DNA of 63,844 nucleotides, the filler included, from Octopus bimaculoides (taxonomy: Eukaryota), in NCBI RefSeq assembly GCF_001194135.2. It is 5 parts of 5 records of this genome, joined end to end, with 100 filler letters (N's around TTAATTAATTAA, not from the genome) between each part and the next. Parts side by side here need not be neighbours in the genome. Positions count along the whole stretch, not along the records: positions 48,212 to 57,294 come from NC_068985.1; positions 57,395 to 63,844 come from NC_068995.1; 3 more parts are not named here. One strand, written 5' to 3'. Position 1 is the stretch's first letter, and each line of letters starts with the position of its first letter. The notes below the pieces were generated by a model. It made no database searches. It was not told the DNA's origin and saw nothing but the letters and a program-made list of their open reading frames with translations. A program made the translations under genes and the position numbers. Shown in pieces: positions 49,950 through 62,729 of the stretch.

Positions 49950-52646
49950 CATATATACATATCTATATCTAAGCACACATATTTAGAGGAAGATGATGAT
50001 GATAGTTATACATACATGCATACATAGATACATACATACACACACACACATACACACATATATGTACATACATAATACAAACTCGCACACACACACACAC
50101 ACACACTTAATCACTCACTCACTCACTCACTCAATTATTAGACACGTGCGCTCGTGCTAATCCACATACCGATCGCTCAATGACACTCATAGACCACAAA
50201 GCTTCTAAGTATGGAAGGTGTGGTTTATACAACTGTCCAGCTAGCAATAACACTAGCTGATTGGATGTCTCATTGAAAAGGTAGTAGCTACCATTGAGTG
50301 AGCAGTTTTGCTACAAGCTGATATGGTCTTGAGAGTGATGAACTAATAATAGGATATATTTAAGCTTTTAAATGCTTCAGTCACTCGACTGCGGCCATGC
50401 TAGAGCCATGCTTACGCCAAGGGTAGGCGACTTCATTGAATATGAAGATCATATATGAGTGGTTGATTGCAAGTAGGGTAGACACATGGAGGAAACTAAA
50501 TAATTTAATATAGATAGCTTTATGCTATCGCAAATTTCCAAGTGTTCCTCGTAGTTAAATATAGTACAGCAGAATATCAAAGTATAAACATGGAAAATAA
50601 TTGTAGAATTCCTTTTCCATATTTTCGCAATTGCTGCCGAGGTCCACCTTGTCTTTCAACGTTTTGGGGATCGATAAAACAAGTAGCAGTCGAGCACTGG
50701 GGTCGATGTAACCCACTTGTCACGCCCCTCGAAATTGCTGGTCTTGTGCCAAAATTAGAAAGAATGTCCGCATTTGAAGGGTTGTAGAATGGCAAAATCT
50801 CCGGTTTCAGACAAAATACCTTGCAGCAAGTCCACGCGGAGCAGTCTGGCAGTCTATTTACATTTTTATTTTTTTCCCTAGAGAACGAGCTCAACAGATA
50901 TTCGCGGTCTCGAACCAATGCACTGGCAGAAAACTCATCTTGTAATCCCTGTTTTGCAGGATTTTTTCCAAATATTTACGCTCTGACTTCAAATCCAACC
51001 GAGATCTCTCAACTTCATTTCCTATCCTTTTCATGTACTGACGAAGCACCTTAAGAATGTTCAGTAATAATATTTATTAGTGTATTTCCATTCCTGCTTT
51101 CTTGAAAGTGTATTATGATTATTTATGATTTGCGAAACTAATTCATAGAATAATGAAAAAGTTTTTATCATCACATCTACGTAACAAAATGGCTGAACAA
51201 TTTTTATTTTAATAACAAAGCGTTTATATCGGTTTTTCTCATTGCCGTAGGCTGGGGTTGCTGTGAGAATTGAAGAGGACCGATTCAATTTATTTTTTAC
51301 TCGTTTCAGTCATTGGATTGCGGCCATCCTGGACACCGCCTTTAAGGGTTTAATCGAACAAATCGACCTCAGTACTTGATTGCATTCTAAGTCCGGTACT
51401 TATCCTATCGGTTTCTTCTTACCGACCCGCTAAGTTACAAAGACGTGAACAAACCCAATCCGGTTGTCAAACGGTGGGCGCAGGACAAACACACACATAG
51501 ATGTTCATACATATATATTATATACGACGGGCTTCTTTCAGTTTCCGTCTACCAAATCCACTCACAAGACTTTGGTAAGGCTATAGTAGAAGACACTTGC
51601 CTAAGGTGACTGAACCCTGAACTATGTAGTTGGAAAACAAATTTCTTACTGTACAGCCACGATCATCAATAATAATAAAAGCGAAATTCTGTTTGTCTGT
51701 CTGGGACCCCTGTATCTCAGTCAACGTTTGCTCTACATAGACGTATTATACCTTTCTGGAATCAAGATGATCCTGGGATTGAGTATCTGCCCTTTATTTG
51801 GTTCTTGAACATCCAGCATTGAGATCTGATTTAAAAGCATTTGGGTTGCTGTTTCTAGCAGGTAAAGATTGGCTGATTAACGCCATTTTGGTGGCGTTTG
51901 TCAGATGACGTCAGAGATCAAGCGGGGAGATAAATGACATTAGCTTCGTTAATTTTACGTCGAGATAATAACTTGAGACAAATTGGCCAACAGTTAGGAT
52001 TCTAACTGGGGCTGGAACAATAAAATGATTGCATTACAGAATTAATTCTCATCCGTCCTTAATCTTTGATCAAACACCACCGGAGCATATAAACATTACA
52101 GACGTATTATAGTCATGCTATTTGGCTCTCTTTAGTTTGAGACTGAAGGCCTATTTAACCCTCCACAAGAGCTAGCGTAAAAGTTCGCACGGAGTACGGC
52201 TTTTAAGTTAGTGTTTGATAAAGTTAAGATACCATTAAGCTTATAAACTTGTCAAGCACAGTGGTGAAGAAAGAATTCTTATGACGTGAAAATTCTATTT
52301 CGTTGTCTTTTCATTAATGAAGAGGTAGAAAAGTAATAACGGAAGAAAGAAAAAAATCACTAATATTTCTTTGAGGGTCCCTGATATGTGACAGTCTGAG
52401 AATTACTGGTTTGGATAATCGCTGAGTTTTAGTGTTACTGTCGAAGGACGCGTTCCAACATCAAAAGCAAATTAGATAGATAATAAATAAATAAATAAAC
52501 AGGCGCATGGTTGTGTGGTAAAAAGTTTGTTTTCAAACCACATAGTTCCGGGTTCAGTGTCACTGTGCGGCACTTTGGCCAAATGTCTTGTACTACAACA
52601 GCAGGCCGACCATTTGGTAAACAGCAACTGAAAGTAGCCCGTCTAT

Positions 52647-52684
<38 letters not shown>

Positions 52685-52913
52685 ATATAAATAATAATAA
52701 TAAGGGTGATAAATTGGATATTAATCTAATTAACACCAATTTCAAACTAGTGGCCTAGCATAAAGAAAATTCAGAACATTTATATTACATACATGTGAGA
52801 AGGAATGACCACTAAGTGGACATCTTTTACGCTAGAAAGCGACCGTCAACGTTTACTAGCGAAAAGGATGTTCACTTAGTGGTCATCCCTTCTCACATGT
52901 ATCTATCTATCTA

Positions 52914-52978
<65 letters not shown>

Positions 52979-53200
52979 GGGAGGGTTCTTGTCTGTCTCC
53001 CAAACATTCCCAGAAATACACATTAATGTATGAAGTTTCTTTACATACTACTTCAATTTTCAAGTATAGAATAAATATAGACACACTAAACACAAAGACG
53101 TGCACAGCACAAAATACGCATGGCACCAAACACGTAAACACACCTATATATGTATATGTGTGTATGTACATGAATATAAAAATGTGTATTCAAGTATATA

Positions 53201-53396
53201 CAGGGTGCGGCAGAAATACCTCCCACATTTGAAAGGTTGTTAAAAGAAAAAGGAAACTACATTTATGAAAAATTAATTTTACTGTTGTTTAAACGAAGGG
53301 TTACAGTTTTTGTTCATTAGATAAATGAAAACATCATTGGCGCTTGCATAAGTTCATTAGCAACACTTAGGTGAACGTTTAAAATGTGGGAGGTAT
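53201..53396. mobile_element. Tc1/mariner-type MITE, right end disrupted by a microsatellite
   Basis: TA|CAGGGTGCGGCAGAAATACCTCCCACATTTT ... AAAATGTGGGAGGTAT. Confidence 0.65.
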
Positions 53397-53495
53397 GCAT
53401 GCATGTATTATGTATGCATGTATGTGTGTGTATATGTATTATGTATGTATGTATGTAGGCTGAAAAAGGCGATGTTAAAGTTTAACATACATACA

Positions 53496-53527
<32 letters not shown>

Positions 53528-53558
53528 GATATATATTCATACATATTTATATACAAAT

Positions 53559-53605
<47 letters not shown>

Positions 53606-54938
53606 TACAAATATACATATATATATATATATATATNNNNNNNNNNNNNNNNNNNNNNNNNNNNNNNNNNNNNNNNNNNNNNNNNNNNNNNNNNNNNNNN
53701 NNNNNNNNNNNNNNNNNNNNNNNNNNNNNNNNNNNNNNNNNNNNNNNNNNNNNNNNNNNNNNNNNNNNNNNNNNNNNNNNNNNNNNNNNNNNNNNNNNNN
53801 NNNNNNNNNNNNNNNNNNNNNNNNNNNNNNNNNNNNNNNNNNNNNNNNNNNNNNNNNNNNNNNNNNNNNNNNNNNNNNNNNNNNNNNNNNNNNNNNNNNN
53901 NNNNNNNNNNNNNNNNNNNNNNNNNNNNNNNNNNNNNNNNNNNNNNNNNNNNNNNNNNNNNNNNNNNNNNNNNNNNNNNNNNNNNNNNNNNNNNNNNNNN
54001 NNNNNNNNNNNNNNNNNNNNNNNNNNNNNNNNNNNNNNNNNNNNNNNNNNNNNNNNNNNNNNNNNNNNNNNNNNNNNNNNNNNNNNNNNNNNNNNNNNNN
54101 NNNNNNNNNNNNNNNNNNNNNNNNNNNNNNNNNNNNNNNNNNNNNNNNNNNNNNNNNNNNNNNNNNNNNNNNNNNNNNNNNNNNNNNNNNNNNNNNNNNN
54201 NNNNNNNNNNNNNNNNNNNNNNNNNNNNNNNNNNNNNNNNNNNNNNNNNNNNNNNNNNNNNNNNNNNNNNNNNNNNNNNNNNNNNNNNNNNNNNNNNNNN
54301 NNNNNNNNNNNNNNNNNNNNNNNNNNNNNNNNNNNNNNNNNNNNNNNNNNNNNNNNNNNNNNNNNNNNNNNNNNNNNNNNNNNNNNNNNNNNNNNNNNNN
54401 NNNNNNNNNNNNNNNNNNNNNNNNNNNNNNNNNNNNNNNNNNNNNNNNNNNNNNNNNNNNNNNNNNNNNNNNNNNNNNNNNNNNNNNNNNNNNNNNNNNN
54501 NNNNNNNNNNNNNNNNNNNNNNNNNNNNNNNNNNNNNNNNNNNNNNNNNNNNNNNNNNNNNNNNNNNNNNNNTATATATATGTATGTATGTATGTCAATC
54601 AGTTTCATTTCTGTATTTCTTGTCCATAGAGAAAGAGCCGGATTTTAACATAGATTCAAGGCTCCTTCATTGGAACTTTTATCAACATCATCTAGGTATT
54701 TGTGCATATGTGTGTGTGTGCAGTATTTGGTGTTAGTGTATGCGCAGATTTGTATGTTTGTTTTATGGATGCGTTTTTATGTCTAGATGCATGCATATGT
54801 ATTTATGTGCTAAATTTTGGGAAAGTTTTACATATCTTTACAGTTCCATTGATGGCTTGAATCTGTAGTCTTCTAATCAGCCTTTTTCTTTCAGGTTTTG
54901 AGGTATGTATGTATGTATGTATGTTTGTATGTATGTAT

Positions 54939-54977
54939 GTCCGACGATGACCTAACTGGCCGAAACTTCGAAGTCAC
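54939..54977 (+). ncRNA. Hammerhead-like motif, family 3, copy 1
   Basis: GU CCGACGA U GACC UAACU GGCC GAAAC UUCGAA GUC AC. Confidence 0.5.
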
Positions 54978-55482
54978 TGTCAATAAAATTCTTGTTTAAG
55001 AATAATAAATTTGTACTCTACAATATAATAGAGAAATCCATCAGATTAATATATAGTTTTAATTATAACGGAACATATACACACACACTAACACAGACAC
55101 ACACACACTAACACACACACAAACACACACACACACTCACACACACACACACACATAAATACACACACACATAAATACACACACACACCAGTATCAGTTT
55201 GAAGCCAACTGATTTTCTATGTACTATCTATTATTATTGAGACCCCTTCGAACTCTTCAAACTAATGACAAGGCTCACTGTGAAATACTAGATTAATTAT
55301 TCCGTTTTCTCCAGACATCCATCACTTCACGCGCCAGATTCGACTTAAATAATCTGATTTCATGATTCTATGCATTTACTACAAAATAACAATAAGTGAT
55401 ACAAGCAAATTATTTACTTATATCTAAGTTAAGAAGGAAAATGTGTAAATTCTCTTAAGTTTGAATTCAATTAAATAAAACC

Positions 55483-55910
55483 CAACACTGGATTAACCAC
55501 TAAGCAAAATAAGCACGTGCTTAGGGTATCAAGGGAAGGAGGGGGACACCACAGAGTTGGTAAATGGTTTACGGCACAAAAGAAATCACTTTAAACTTGC
55601 TAAAATAATATTCGGGATGCCTTTGTCTCTACTAAGTATAGATGCAGATGTGTTACCTAAGATTAATTTTGAGGATCTGATCAAAGACTTCGTAATTCAA
55701 AAAAGTAGGAGGAAACTTTTCAAATATAAATAAAGTGGAAGTATACAAAAATAAGCATTATTTTCCCTCTTACTGTTTTGTTTCGTTTTGAAAAATAAAA
55801 ATATATTTTTATGGTTTGTTATTGTTTATATTTTGAATTACATAATGTTTTATGAGGGCACCAAAACCTTTTAAGTGTTTAGGGCCTTGATGGATCTTAA
55901 TCCGACCCTG
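55483..55910 (+). mobile_element. Internally deleted hAT transposon keeping the transposase C-terminus (55623-55733)
   Basis: LSLLSIDADVLPKINFEDLIKDFVIQKSRRKLF resembles the hAT dimerisation-domain end. Imperfect TIRs containing GGATTAA; candidate TSD ataaaacc / taaaaacc. Confidence 0.7.
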
Positions 55911-56785
55911 TAAAAACCTATTATTATTTAGTAGTTGTACCGTGGTGAAGTCGGTGCCACATAATCTTTGTGTAGGTCTTTTATCTTGGTACTCAAAGTA
56001 CAGGTTTATTGTTTTCTTTAAAGGCTGATCCAGTCTCGATATATAATGTGTGTTAGATACATCAATTTTATATATTGTAATCTAGGTTTTTATGTTACAA
56101 TGTTTATATTTACATACTCTTTTACTCTTTTACTTGTTTCAGTCATTTGACTGCGGCAATGCTGGAGCACCGCCTTTAGTGGAGCAAATCGACCCCAGGA
56201 CTTATTCTTTGTAAGCCTAGTACTTATTCTATCGGTCTCTTTAGCCGAACCGCTAAGTTACGGGAACGTAAACACACCACCATCGGTTGTCAAGCGATGT
56301 TGAGGGGACAAACACAGACACACAAATATATATACACACATACATACATATATATATATACGCATATATACGACAGGCTTCTTTCAGTTTCCTCTACCAA
56401 ATCTACTCACAAGTCTTTGGTCGGCCCGAGGCTATAGTAGAAGACACATGCCCAAGGTGCCACGCAGTGGGAATGAACCCGAAACCATGTGGTTGGTAAG
56501 CAAGCTACTTACCACACAGCCACTCCTGCGCTCCATGGCTACGGAGCTAAGTTTACTTTGCAATCGCGTAGTTCCGATATCGAACCACTGTATGGCATTT
56601 TCGGAAACTATTTTCTACTATAGTCTCAGATTCGTCAATACTTTAGGAGTGAAATTTAGTTTGGAACCAGTTTTAAATGAGAAGTGGGATAATCTCAAAC
56701 AATCAACAATTATTTAGAATTAATATGCCATTATAAAAAATGCAATCTGTTTTGATTTTTGTTTTCTATTCTGGAGAAAGAACAA

Positions 56786-56831
56786 CTGCTAATACCTGTT
56801 TCTGCCACAATAGGCGTCATCAGTACTGCAG
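56786..56831 (-). ncRNA. Hammerhead-like motif, family 4
   Basis: CUGCAGUA CUGAUGA C GCC UAUUGU GGC A GAAAC AG GUA UUAGCAG. Confidence 0.5.
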
Positions 56832-56981
56832 ATGTCTTACATTGACTCCAGCTAGGCATAAAAGTCCTAAGTAACACAATCCTTGAAATTATCATTTAAT
56901 GTTATAAATTACGTTTTGGGAGGCGAATGTGAAGCAGTCAATGGTTTGGAAGGTGGAAATGGAACCGTGGTGGGGGATATC

Positions 56982-57025
56982 GTCAGATGAGGACTTAACT
57001 GACCGACACTTCGAAGTCACTCTCC
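56982..57025 (+). ncRNA. Hammerhead-like motif, family 3, copy 2, decayed
   Basis: GU CAGAUGA G GACU UAACU GACC GACAC UUCGAA GUC ACUCUCC; downstream flank homologous to copy 1. Confidence 0.4.
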
Positions 57026-57158
57026 ATTGATATTCTTCTTTAGAAATAGTAAATTTTTATTCTACGAAAGTACAACGTAACCTTTCAGATTTATGTAAAA
57101 TTATTTAAATTAAAACTGAACATATACGTGTGTGTACGTGTGCGTGCGCGCGTGTGTG

Positions 57159-57195
<37 letters not shown>

Positions 57196-57902
57196 GTTTC
57201 TTTATTAGCCACACAGGGCTCAACACAGAGGGGACAAAATACAAATGTAGAGTTTTTTTCTTTTCGAGGGGGGCGAAAACAAAGCAGAAAAAAANNNNNN
57301 NNNNNNNNNNNNNNNNNNNNNNNNNNNNNNNNNNNNNNTTAATTAATTAANNNNNNNNNNNNNNNNNNNNNNNNNNNNNNNNNNNNNNNNNNNNATATAT
57401 GGGGAGCGACAACAATACGTATAATAGTTTACCAAATTTCACTTCGTAAAAGATACTTTAATCTAACTGCGTATTATCACAAAGAAGAACAATACTAAAC
57501 TACAACAGCGCAAAGAAACAATCACTTTTAAGCCATCGTAAACCTATAAATTGAAAACAGAATGAAAATTTCCATTCGAAAATCTACCAGCCGACCAAAA
57601 ACAACAAAGATGACAATATAACTAACAACAGACATAAAAGACGGGCGAAATAAAAAGGAAAAGAAAGGTTTTAACGAATTTCTTCTGGAAACAGCAATAG
57701 CTTCTAATGCGATTTTGACACCTGAATATTTAACGGTGTGCACGATTTTAAACAATAGAAAGAATACTTACTAGTGCTGATTAACAATGGGGAAAGTCTT
57801 TCCCGAGTAAATTGTCTTATGTTGAAGTGTAAAAGAGAAAGAAAATACGTCTTGATAGGAAATAAATGGAGATAGAGTTTAAATTGCGCAACTGATGTTA
57901 AG

Positions 57903-57938
<36 letters not shown>

Positions 57939-57956
57939 TACATATGCATGTGCACA

Positions 57957-58005
<49 letters not shown>

Positions 58006-58843
58006 NNNNNNNNNNNNNNNNNNNNNNNNNNNNNNNNNNNNNNNNNNNNNNNNNNNNNNNNNNNNNNNNNNNNNNNNNNNNNNNNNNNNNNNNNNNNNNN
58101 NNNNNNNNNNNNNNNNNNNNNNNNNNNNNNNNNNNNNNNNNNNNNNNNNNNNNNNNNNNNNNNNNNNNNNNNNNNNNNNNNNNNNNNNNNNNNNNNNNNN
58201 NNNNNNNNNNNNNNNNNNNNNNNNNNNNNNNNNNNNNNNNNNNNNNNNNNNNNNNNNNNNNNNNNNNNNNNNNNNNNNNNNNNNNNNNNNNNNNNNNNNN
58301 NNNNNNNNNNNNNNNNNNNNNNNNNNNNNNNNNNNNNNNNNNNNNNNNNNNNNNNNNNNNNNNNNNNNNNNNNNNNNNNNNNNNNNNNNNNNNNNNNNNN
58401 NNNNNNNNNNNNNNNNNNNNNNNNNNNNNNNNNNNNNNNNNNNNNNNNNNNNNNNNNNNNNNNNNNNNNNNNNNNNNNNNNNNNNNNNNNNNNNNNNNNN
58501 NNNNNNNNNNNNNNNNNNNNNNNNNNNNNNNNNNNNNNNNNNNNNNNNNNNNNNNNNNNNNNNNNNNNNNNNNNNNNNNNNNNNNNNNNNNNNNNNNNNN
58601 NNNNNNNNNNNNNNNNNNNNNNNNNNNNNNNNNNNNNNNNNNNNNNNNNNNNNNNNNNNNNNNNNNNNNNNNNNNNNNNNNNNNNNNNNNNNNNNNNNNN
58701 NNNNNNNNNNNNNNNNNNNNNNNNNNNNNNNNNNNNNNNNNNNNNNNNNNNNNNNNNNNNNNNNNNNNNNNNNNNNNNNNNNNNNNNNNNNNNNNNNNNN
58801 NNNNNNNNNNNNNNNNNNNNNNNNNNNNNTATATATATATATA

Positions 58844-58883
<40 letters not shown>

Positions 58884-59568
58884 CATAGATACATACATAT
58901 ATATATATACACATATATATATATATATATTAGAAAAAATAATAAGGTAGTCAGAGATCTGGATGGTTGTTCATTTACAGATTTTTATTAATATGTCACA
59001 TGTTTCATAAATATTAGCCCTTGCACCTATTCTTGTAGGGTCTTCAAATATTTATAAAATATGTGACATATTAATAAAAATCTGTAAATGTAGAACCATC
59101 CAGATATCTGAGTACCTTATTATTTTTTCTAATGTACATTTCCTGTACATCACCTCCAAACCTTCCAATAAGCAGTTCGCCCGGCGTGCTAACGATTGTG
59201 CCAGCTCACTGCCTTGCAGTTAATGAAATATATTAAATCTACTTAAAAACCAGTATATATATTTTTTCTTGCTTATACACTCTACAATTTATACAAATGT
59301 ATAATAGTAAACGAAAACTGGAGGATAAATTTGAATTTATAAAGATTTTCACAAGCATTTCAAAACATTGGTTAACTATTGTACCAGCCCGATCGAAGTT
59401 ATGCTTATTAATTATACATATATACAGACACACTCACAAACACATACATATACATCCACGCATACAAACATACATACATGCAGACCTACATGCATACATG
59501 TTAGGTTGTAAAGAAAGTTCTGTCGCATTTCAAGATGCTAAGAAACAAATGTTGTTTTTGTCATATAT

Positions 59569-60527
59569 TTAATCATGATATTTTCCCTTCATTATTGATC
59601 GTATCATCCCATCTATTTGACACACATCATCGCATCTCTGTCCCTCGAAAGTAATTCTCTTCAGGCAAAGAAACACCCAATACCACTTTTAGCATCTTTA
59701 CAATTAATTTACCATTTTCCCTCAGAATAATTTGACAATAATTTGAAATGACAGATGGGACGAGAGAGTAAGGAGCACAAGTCAAACCATCCATATTTAG
59801 AAATGAATCTCTTGGTCAATATGTGATCTTGTATTATCGTTGAAGAGCAACGTCTCTTTACGATTGACCAAAGGTAGGCGCTTTTGCTGCAAACTTTTGT
59901 CAAATGCTTGCAACTGCTCAAAATATTTTTCTGCAAAATCTGTTTTGCTTCGGTTTAATACTTCACGATAGATGACACGCTTCATATGTCACCAAACATA
60001 GAGCATAACATATTCCGTGTGTCCTGGTTATTAGCTTGAAATTCTAACCATTGTAATTTGTGTTGGAGATGGTTACAGAGACCCTGCCTTTTATCATTTG
60101 TGGGGATTCTATTCACGAAATATTTTGTAGTTGTCTACATTTCAATGACGAGCAGAGGGCAATATTTTGACTAATCTGAGTGTTAGAAGATAAAAGATTC
60201 ACTGTCCAAGTGAAGACTGCTTCTTTATTTCATAAATGTACTTTATGATTGAAATGTAACTTGAATTTTGCTGTTTCAATAATTCTTGTGTAGTTTGCAT
60301 TGTATGATCTCCAATTACGGCTTTTAGAACCCGATATTGACAGAACAGAACGCGATTGTCCAGTTCGAGGAATAGCTACGATAGAAAACAGGCTTAACAA
60401 TTGTTGGAATATATCCAGACAATTAGATTCAATCCCAAAGGTGAAAGGAATATTTCTTCCTTGCTCACGGACACCTCCTCAATTCACAGAGCCTGCGGTG
60501 TCTGATATTAGTCTGATCTAAACTCAT
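59569..60527 (-). pseudogene. Near full-length but heavily decayed mariner transposase
   Basis: MSLDQTNIRHR start, VMLYVW*HMKRVIYREVL, KRLPLVNRKETLLFNDNTRSH (DNARPH-like), RW...GKYHD* end; many stops and frameshifts. Confidence 0.8.
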
Positions 60528-60707
60528 TACAAAAGGCTAAAATCGATACGAGTTTCACAACTATAGCGTAAAGTAATCTGCAAGGAAGGAAACGAAATAA
60601 CAAGCATTACAATGTAAATATCAAAGCTTATCTTAGCGTAAGTATTAAAAATGTACGGTCAAAGTGATCAGTCCAAGAATGTGACTATATTTTCTTTACC
60701 TTCCCAT

Positions 60708-60779
<72 letters not shown>

Positions 60780-60801
60780 ATATATATATATATTTATATA
60801 T

Positions 60802-60838
<37 letters not shown>

Positions 60839-61606
60839 ATGCATATGTATGTACGTGTGTGAGTGCGCGTTTTCTGCGACGATTTGATAAACTGTGCCGA
60901 GTTTTACAATTCTGTAAATAATAATGATATTTTATAATCCTAAAGCTTCTAAGCGATCACCGTGTATTGACTAAGAAAAATAGTATAATATTGGGGCCTA
61001 TATGCTCTGAGCGAAACATGTAGGGTTTTTGTACGCGTAGGACACGAACCCAGCCCTCTCTCTCCATATTTATTCACGGAAATCTTAGAAAGTTGGGCAA
61101 GATGATGATTGTAGTACTTGTTCGACTTTACCACCAGGACATCATTGATGGGGCAAAGCTATGCTTTATGACAATCTAGGCATAACCATCTCGCCTTTAA
61201 TCTGCTGTTTGGGACTTTATAGCTGAATGTGCATTTATTCTTTCAGCCTCTTGCTTCAGTAATTGTGTACAAAAGTATACATGCATTTATACGTGTGAGT
61301 GTGTAGGGGGGATGCGTATCTATGCATGAACGTTCCTTTTTTTATTCTTTTAAATGTTCCAAATACAGACAACCACACATAAATACACACACATACATAC
61401 TCACATATACGATGGGCTTCTTTCAGTTTCCGTCTACCAAATCAACTCACAAGGCTTTGGTCGGCCCGAGGCTATAATAGAAGACACTTGCCCAAGGTGC
61501 CATGCAATGAGACTGAACCCAGAACCATGTGTTTGGGAAGCAGTCTTTTTACCACAGAGCCACGCCTGCGGTTATTAAACAAGTTCTCATGCTCATGCAA
61601 GGGATC

Positions 61607-61976
61607 GATTTGAGGGAGATCACGCTGTTATTTCTAACAGGTCTTCCATCAAGTAGGGGCTTACTTATTGTTTCAAAAATATCGTTCGCAGCACGACGAT
61701 ACACTGTGATTTGAGGGCGATCACGCTCTTATTTCTAACAAGTCTTCTACCACGTATAGGCTTATGATTGTTTCAAAAATATCCATTGATGCATAACGAT
61801 ACACTGTGATTTGAGGGAGATCACACTGTTATTTCTAACAGGCTTTCCATCAAGTAGAGGCTTACTAATTGATACGCTGTAGATTTGAGGAAGATACGTC
61901 TGTTATTTCTAACGTGTATTCCATTGGGTAGAACCATTTTCATTGGTTCAGAGAGATCTTTCGTTGTATGACGGGA
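61607..61976. repeat. Tandem repeat of four diverged units (periods 101, 100, 74 bp)
   Basis: Units start gatttgaggRMgat at 61607, 61708, 61808 and 61882. Confidence 0.8.
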
Positions 61977-62729
61977 CATTGAGTTTCTGAGTGGGGGGGT
62001 TGCCTGTTTTTATTGACGGGTCTAAGCGACCCCCGTTGAGATTTCTTTCCTTATTGGCTTTCTATATTAACCATGTTCGTGGCTGAAGGAAGGAGCATAG
62101 ATGAGATGAGAACGAAAGGAAGAGGAACTGCGATGTGAACATCAGCAGCAGCAGTTAGAACTGCAGACTCCAGTTGCAGTTATGGCGGAAATAGAAACAT
62201 CAGCAGCAGCTTCAGCAGCAGTGATTATTGCACTGCAAGTAGAAGCAGCGGTTATGGCAGAATAAGGAGCATCAGTAGCTGTAGTGACAGTGGTCAAAGC
62301 AGCAGCAGCAGCAGCAGTGGTAGTAGTAGTAGTAGTAGTAGTCGTAGTAGTAATAATAGTATCAATGGCGGTGCAAGCAGCAGCCTCCGTGGCAATAGCA
62401 GCAGCAGCAGCGATCGTGGTGGAGGCGCCGATCACTGCAGCAATATCAGACAATAGCAGATGTATTGTCAGGAGAAAAAGCCACAGAGGGATGTGGCTTT
62501 TTACAATGGTTAACCGCAAAACCCGAGGACGTCTGTAGAATTTAACGTCATTGATTTAATCAGTAGCGCCATCTTATTTCGCTATTGTGCGCACGCACAC
62601 GCGCGCTCGCATACGCACGCACATAGAGGGAAAGGCAAAGCGTGCATCTACATTCGAAACGCATACACACGTACGGACACACAGACACGCATGCACAGCT
62701 AATAGTGACGAGGCGAGGAAGAGAGGAAC

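Noticed and set aside
50895-51065. Protein-like minus frame LNILKVLRQYMKRIGNEVERSRLDL...
   Set aside because: No convincing acceptor site, no recognisable family and no partner exons.
61607-61976. CRISPR-like repeat-spacer pattern
   Set aside because: The intervening sequences are homologous to each other, the context is eukaryotic and there are no cas genes.
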